Origin: Candidatus Culexarchaeum yellowstonense
GTDB lineage: Archaea; Thermoproteota; Methanomethylicia; Culexarchaeales; Culexarchaeaceae
NCBI GenBank assembly: GCA_024707015.1
Contig: JANGFR010000002.1
Span: 74,007-138,006 of the forward strand
DNA length: 64,000 nt
Direction of reading: 5' to 3'
Shown here: positions 59,063 through 64,000 of the stretch, piece by piece
Layout of the letters: every line of letters starts with the position of its first letter
Position numbering within the stretch: the stretch's first letter is position 1
Notes under the pieces: model-generated
What the model was told of the DNA's origin: nothing
The model's input: the letters and a program-made list of their open reading frames with translations, nothing else
The model's database searches: none
Translations under genes and position numbers: made by a program

Positions 59063-59919
59063 TTAACTCCCCTCCTCTTCTTAGCAAAATATCCAATGTT
59101 GCCTATGATCACGAATATTAGGAAGACCATATGGGTTGTCGATAATGCATCAGCTGAAGCTACTGCTAGACCCTTCCTGCCTATTAGAAGCTCGTACTCT
59201 GCACCAGCCCTCAAACCTGGAAGCATACCCTTAACCTGACCTGACTGAACATATGGAGTGACACCTGGAGCGCTAACCCCTATACATGCAATTAACATTG
59301 GAACATTATATGTGCCCCACTGCCTAACCCACTCATCAACGCCAGGTGTACCAGTCTCTATACTTATAAGTAGTTGAACATCATTAGCAGACCTCAAATT
59401 CTGCATAATTGGATATTCACTAACGGGACGCTTATACAGATAATCTGTGGGGAAAACTTTCCAGAAGTCTTGCCCCAATGCACGCATAGCAACTTCACCT
59501 CCAGGAGCCCATCCTAGAAATATCCAATCCACACCATACTTCTTACCATAAGTAACCTCTGGGTTCAACTCGTCAATGATCATTTTAGCGACAAGGGGTC
59601 CCTGATTCCATATAGCTATAATAGCGAACTTTATAGGTCTACTGAACAAGTGATGCATAGTTGCCACAGCAATTGGGTAAAGCTCTCCAAGAGATCCCAA
59701 ACCGAAGTCAAAGGATAAGACAACCATGGAGCCTGGGGGCAAATTCTGTATGGTTCTATAGTATGCTTCGGTGTTAGGACTTATACTCACAGGCAACCCT
59801 ATTGGGGAAATCATTGGAGTTAAAACGACTATCCATATGAGTAGGTATATTATTCTGGAATCGATGTTTTCAAGCTTCTCCCAAATACTAATACTACCAG
59901 ACATTTTACGTCCCCCCAC
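59059..59919 (-). CDS. uncharacterised membrane-anchored protein (cluster gene 3)
   Basis: N- and C-terminal TM helices; YGVDW.FLGW.PG, PYVQSGQ..G...GLRAGAEYE and IIGNIGYF motifs. Confidence 0.8.
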   Translation of the reverse strand: MGGRKMSGSISIWEKLENIDSRIIYLLIWIVVLTPMISPIGLPVSISPNTEAYYRTIQNLPPGSMVVLSFDFGLGSLGELYPIAVATMHHLFSRPIKFAIIAIWNQGPLVAKMIIDELNPEVTYGKKYGVDWIFLGWAPGGEVAMRALGQDFWKVFPTDYLYKRPVSEYPIMQNLRSANDVQLLISIETGTPGVDEWVRQWGTYNVPMLIACIGVSAPGVTPYVQSGQVKGMLPGLRAGAEYELLIGRKGLAVASADALSTTHMVFLIFVIIGNIGYFAKKRRGVK

Positions 59920-60568
59920 CCCTCAAATAGCCCCTCTCATAACCAGTTAACGTTCTAATACCCAGAACTATGGCTCCGAGGGCAGCCCCAATTATGATTG
60001 ATCTCTGAACAGCCATATTGGGAACGTTGAAAAGCCAATCACCAAGACTTGAGACTTGAGGTACTAGGAATGTTCCCAGAGGGGCATTCCTAAACACCAG
60101 TATTGACCCAGCAATCAATAGTAATGCAGCTTCAAGGGATCTAGCCTTAAAAGCTCTATAAGCAGCTGAAGCTATGAAGAATGCTAACATAGCATATAGG
60201 CTGCTATCCAATGGTGTTAAGACATTGTTTGTTAGGAAATTGAATATATCGTTATTCATTCCGAGACCCCACTCCCAAATTGGCAAACCAACTATCATCA
60301 TCACGAACATTAAGATTAATAGGATTAAACTATACTCCCAGTATTGGCGTCTTTTAACGACTCTTGGAGCATGAACTAAGATTATGGAGATTGCACCTAC
60401 AAACAGAGCCCCAGTAGCTACAACCATCTCCCAATTCACAGCATTATCCATGAAGCTCTCAACATCTGGACCCAAAGTGAAGAAGTATGGGATTATCTGT
60501 ATCAATGCACATATAACTGTTACTGCTATTGGAATTTCAACACGTTTATACCATGCCAACCCAAACAC
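59906..60568 (-). CDS. uncharacterised polytopic membrane protein (cluster gene 2)
   Basis: LAFFIASAAYRAFKARS.EA.LL, W..NVPN.A..R.I and G.ER.YL motifs. Confidence 0.8.
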   Translation of the reverse strand: MFGLAWYKRVEIPIAVTVICALIQIIPYFFTLGPDVESFMDNAVNWEMVVATGALFVGAISIILVHAPRVVKRRQYWEYSLILLILMFVMMIVGLPIWEWGLGMNNDIFNFLTNNVLTPLDSSLYAMLAFFIASAAYRAFKARSLEAALLLIAGSILVFRNAPLGTFLVPQVSSLGDWLFNVPNMAVQRSIIIGAALGAIVLGIRTLTGYERGYLRGGGT

Positions 60569-60571
60569 CCC

Positions 60572-61366
60572 CTACATCTTCAATATATCAACAATAAAAT
60601 TTGAACCAGCAAGCCCAAGCAATATCCCCACAACTATAAGCAATAAAGATATTATTTTGCCTATGTCTTGTGCTACTATGCTTCCAATCATTGCTGGATC
60701 TTTGCTTAGGTATGCCCCTGCAGCATAGATTTCTTCACCTATCAGGGTATAATCCGTGGCGACCACGAAGAATGGAATCTGATGAGTATTAGCAGTACCA
60801 GCAACTTGCATAGCACCAACCTTATAACCAGTCTCCGCAAGCTGTAGAGACTCAGCCCAATATGCACCAATCATAACGTTTGCACCAGCCCTCTCCCTCT
60901 GCATCAAACTCATATAACCAAGCGAATAGCTAAACTGCCACGTGGACAAGTATGGTATATCATCCAACTTAAACTGCTCAAGCTTACCCTCCATCCTATA
61001 AGCATTCTCAACAATCTCCCTAGCAATGGGGTAGACTGTTAAGCTGACAACTGGGACTATAACTCTAGTACCATACTTAGCGCATAAACGTGCAACATAA
61101 CTTAATACTGAGAGCCCTGCAATGGTCTGCGGACCATAAGTTGAATCATGAATATCTGCAAGACCCTGAGAGCAGAATACTGGTCTACCCATTTCAGTAG
61201 CTCTACCCACAGCCTCATCAATAGCATCCAAACCTGAAACTCTACGGATGCTAGGTACTTTCCCCCTTTTACCCCTCTCAATAAAGTAGACGGTTGCAAT
61301 TGTGATTATCAATAGGATCACTAGACCACTAGCCCTACCAGATTGTACAAAAGACATAGAATTCAT
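60572..61366 (-). CDS. DUF6754-like membrane protein (cluster gene 1)
   Basis: IRRVSGLDAIDEAVGRATEMGRP, AESL.LAE.G and QIPFFV..TDY.LIGEEIYAAGAYLS motifs. Confidence 0.75.
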   Translation of the reverse strand: MNSMSFVQSGRASGLVILLIITIATVYFIERGKRGKVPSIRRVSGLDAIDEAVGRATEMGRPVFCSQGLADIHDSTYGPQTIAGLSVLSYVARLCAKYGTRVIVPVVSLTVYPIAREIVENAYRMEGKLEQFKLDDIPYLSTWQFSYSLGYMSLMQRERAGANVMIGAYWAESLQLAETGYKVGAMQVAGTANTHQIPFFVVATDYTLIGEEIYAAGAYLSKDPAMIGSIVAQDIGKIISLLLIVVGILLGLAGSNFIVDILKM

Positions 61367-61405
61367 CTCCAGAAACTTTCCAATAATAATCTTAAGAAGT
61401 GAAAA

Positions 61406-61415
61406 TATATATATA
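61406..61415 (-). promoter_or_regulatory. TATA box candidate for the four-gene membrane cluster
   Basis: TATATATATA preceded on the minus strand by purine-rich GGAAAGG, 40-49 nt before the ATG at 61366. Confidence 0.5.
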
Positions 61416-61535
61416 CCTTTCCTCCTTTCTAAAATAAAGTAACTAACATTTTTAGGAAAAGTGAAAAATATAGTTTGCCATGCAATTTCAAAATCTAAAA
61501 TACTTTAATTAGGTTATTTATATTGTTAAGATTGT

Positions 61536-62942
61536 TTACTTTACGTTGAAGTTGAATTTGTGGAGGTTTACAATAACTTCGAAGGTGTATGTGGAAAGCT
61601 TTTTGAGACTTTCCCTGTATTTGAAGTATTTTATGGCAATGTCTGGGAAGAGGGCGTATGTGATGTAGTCTTCATCCTTCTCCACAAGTTCCTTTGGAAG
61701 TTCGGAAACTATTTTATTGTAGGCTGACTCCAACATTTCTGCTGGTCTAACTGTTATTGGCTTTTCCTCCCCCAAAGCCAGTTTAATTAGCTCTGGATTT
61801 ATTTCTGCTGGAGGCTTCCCGTATAGTCCTTTAACATAGTCTCTCACCTCCCTTATTATGGTTGAGTATGGTTTCCCTGAAAGTACATTCACCACCGCCT
61901 GAGCCCCAACTATCTGCGATAATGGTGTTACAAGTGGTGGGTAGCCTAAATCTCTCCTAACCCTTGGAACCTCCATTAAAACTTCATCTAGTCTATCTTC
62001 AGCACCTTGCATTCTCAATTGCTCCAATAGGTTGCTGAGCATCCCACCTGGAATTTGATGTTCAAGTACACTTGCATCCACTGGAGGGTTTTTCAATGCA
62101 TAATCATATTCAGAGTACCTCTTCCTCCTCTCCCAGAAGTATTTTGAAGCTTTTAGAGCTAATTTCAAATTTATCTTCTTAATCTCGTATGGCGTCCCCT
62201 CCAATGATGAAACTATTGATTCCAGTGGTGGGTGTGATGTGTGCATGGACATTGATGATAGGGCGCAATCCACATAATCCGCACCTGCTTCAATAGCTTT
62301 AACTATAGTTATTGGAGCGAAGCCTGCTGTGGTATGTGAATGAACATCAACCCGCATGCCAACTTCACTCTTAATCCTCTTAACAAGCTCATATGCCACA
62401 TATGGCTTCAATATTCCAGACATATCTTTAATGCATATGGAATCCACTTCCATGGATGCTATCTCTCTAGCTAATGATAGGTAGTAGTTTAATGTATGTA
62501 TTGGGCTTACAGTATACACCATACACAGCTGGATTTCAGCTCCAACTCTCCTAGCAGCATCAACGGTAACTTTAACATTTCTCAAATCATTTAATGCATC
62601 GAAAATCCTGAATATATCAATACCATTCTCAAATGCCTTCTCCACGAATTTTACGCATATATCATCTGGATAATGTCTATATCCAACAAGATTCTGCCCC
62701 CTCAATAACATTTGAAGCTTAGTCTTCCTAACCCTCTCCCTAATGAGTTTAAGTCTAACCCATGGATCTTCATTCAAATACCTTAATGGGACATCGAAAG
62801 TTGCTCCACCCCAAACCTCCATGGAGTAGAAGCCTATATCATCCATCACATCCAATATTGGGAGCATATCCTCAGTTCTAAATCTAGTGGCTAATAGAGA
62901 TTGATGAGCATCCCTCAAAGTGACATCTACAATTTCAACCAT
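61536..62942 (-). CDS. pyruvate/oxaloacetate carboxyltransferase (OadA/PycB/5S-type) without biotinyl domain
   Basis: TLRDAHQSLLATR, EVWGGATFD, LLRGQN, IKDMSG, HSH, QIPGGMLSN and GYPPLVTPLSQIVG motifs. Confidence 0.92.
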   Translation of the reverse strand: MVEIVDVTLRDAHQSLLATRFRTEDMLPILDVMDDIGFYSMEVWGGATFDVPLRYLNEDPWVRLKLIRERVRKTKLQMLLRGQNLVGYRHYPDDICVKFVEKAFENGIDIFRIFDALNDLRNVKVTVDAARRVGAEIQLCMVYTVSPIHTLNYYLSLAREIASMEVDSICIKDMSGILKPYVAYELVKRIKSEVGMRVDVHSHTTAGFAPITIVKAIEAGADYVDCALSSMSMHTSHPPLESIVSSLEGTPYEIKKINLKLALKASKYFWERRKRYSEYDYALKNPPVDASVLEHQIPGGMLSNLLEQLRMQGAEDRLDEVLMEVPRVRRDLGYPPLVTPLSQIVGAQAVVNVLSGKPYSTIIREVRDYVKGLYGKPPAEINPELIKLALGEEKPITVRPAEMLESAYNKIVSELPKELVEKDEDYITYALFPDIAIKYFKYRESLKKLSTYTFEVIVNLHKFNFNVK

Positions 62943-62946
62943 AACC

Positions 62947-63432
62947 TCACCCCCTCAACCTTATTGCCATTAAGGGTGCCCCAACCTTAACGTCACCCCC
63001 CTCAAATGTTAGAATTCTCTCCACAACACCATCCACAGGGGATTTCACCTCAACCTCCATCTTCATAGATTCAATCTTCAATAGAGTTTCACCCCTAACA
63101 ACCTTAGCACCCTCAGAAACAAGTAGTTTGATTATCCTACCTCCAACACTGGATTTAACTATGAATAAATCCTTAGGGGTTTCCTCAACCACCCTAGAAG
63201 CCTCATAACCAATAACATTCAACTCCACTTCAAATCCATGAAACTTTGCAACATAACCTTTATCTGAAAATTTAAACCTCATAACGTCACCATCCAAGGA
63301 AATATCCCTAAATACATACTCCTCAAAACCAGAACTCAACTTAACTTCATCAACACCCCTCAAACCAGCATTTGAAAGGTATCTATGTAAAGCTAAAACT
63401 GCAGCCACAAACCCCCTAGCATTAGAAGACAT
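62947..63432 (-). CDS. biotin carboxyl carrier protein
   Basis: IESMKME biotin-Lys motif and KSPVDG; N-terminal VAAVLALHRYL helix; start taken at ATG 63432. Confidence 0.85.
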   Translation of the reverse strand: MSSNARGFVAAVLALHRYLSNAGLRGVDEVKLSSGFEEYVFRDISLDGDVMRFKFSDKGYVAKFHGFEVELNVIGYEASRVVEETPKDLFIVKSSVGGRIIKLLVSEGAKVVRGETLLKIESMKMEVEVKSPVDGVVERILTFEGGDVKVGAPLMAIRLRG

Positions 63433-63496
63433 AATCATCCACATAACCTTTAAAGATGAATAAACTGATATAGTTTTTGAAGGGTGCATATATGGG

Positions 63497-64000
63497 ATGA
63501 CGATGCGGGGGGAATTGGAAGTTCAAATAATGGGTGAAGAGGGGCTGATGATAGATTTTGGAAGCAAATTGAGCAAAGAAGTTAATATCATGGTTAAGAT
63601 TGTTAGCGAGAAGCTGGAGGAGTTAAGAGGCCTTGGCATCAAGGAAGTTATACCAGCATACACAACCATACTAGCAGTACTGGATCCACTGAAGGCTGAT
63701 AGGGATAAGCTAATAAATGAAGTAAGGAGGATAGTGAGAAGCATAAAACCTGAGGATTTGAAGGAAGAGGTTAATAGGGTTATTGAAGTTCCAACAGTAT
63801 ACGATCCACAATATGGATTAGATCTTGAAGACATATCCAAGTTGACGAAGCTAAGCATAGAGGAGATAATTAATCTGCATTCAAGTCAGGTTTATAGGGT
63901 TTACATGGTTGGATTCATACCTGGATTCCCATATATGGGGGAAGTTCCTGAGAAGATAGCAGTCCCAAGACTTGAAAATCCAAGGATAAGGGTTCCAGCA
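63497..64000 (+). CDS. pxpB: 5-oxoprolinase subunit PxpB / allophanate hydrolase subunit 1, runs off the window (absent from ORF track)
   Basis: Hand translation: ...EVIPAYTT...IEVPTVY....GLDL.......L...EII..HS...YRVYMVGFIPGFPYMG.....IAVPRL..PR.RVPA. Confidence 0.9.
   Translation, partial: MTMRGELEVQIMGEEGLMIDFGSKLSKEVNIMVKIVSEKLEELRGLGIKEVIPAYTTILAVLDPLKADRDKLINEVRRIVRSIKPEDLKEEVNRVIEVPTVYDPQYGLDLEDISKLTKLSIEEIINLHSSQVYRVYMVGFIPGFPYMGEVPEKIAVPRLENPRIRVPA

Noticed and set aside
1..64000. CRISPR arrays, tRNA/rRNA genes, IS elements, Sec/Pyl recoding
   Set aside because: By eye, no spaced direct repeats, GC-rich structured RNA segments, transposase motifs or in-frame stops at catalytic positions; small ncRNAs cannot be excluded without an Infernal/tRNAscan run

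Overview
Gene-dense, AT-rich archaeal DNA. Archaeal indicators are TATA-box promoters, GGTG/GAGGTG ribosome-binding sites, LrpA, type II MAP, deoxyhypusine synthase, archaemetzincin, a single-OB crenarchaeal-type SSB and an Hjc-like nuclease. A TACK/Thermoproteota anaerobe, possibly near Methanomethylicia/Culexarchaeia, is an inference only. The first ~38 kb is housekeeping and peptide/amino-acid catabolism: a liv ABC transporter, many peptidases, Asp racemase, nadAC, thi4, rubrerythrin and SOD. The notable part is a ~17.6 kb minus-strand redox region (38,996-56,612). It holds (i) hdrA(+degenerate MvhD)-hdrC-hdrB-frdB-like-frdA/tfrA; (ii) a separately promoted, tightly coupled operon that starts with a GcvH-like lipoyl carrier and continues with a 4x[4Fe-4S] protein, a Cys-free HdrC C-terminal fragment, a second methanogen-like HdrB and a group-4 membrane [NiFe]-hydrogenase; and (iii) OsmC, a lipoate-ligase small subunit and a LipS2-type lipoyl synthase. 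Together these suggest an H2-linked, membrane-bound lipoyl-disulfide redox system (inference). The right end has an uncharacterised four-gene membrane cluster (DUF6754-like), an OadA/PycB-type carboxyltransferase with a biotin carrier, and a truncated pxpB. I saw no rRNA, tRNA, CRISPR array or transposase. All family calls come from motif recognition by eye; no database searches were run.
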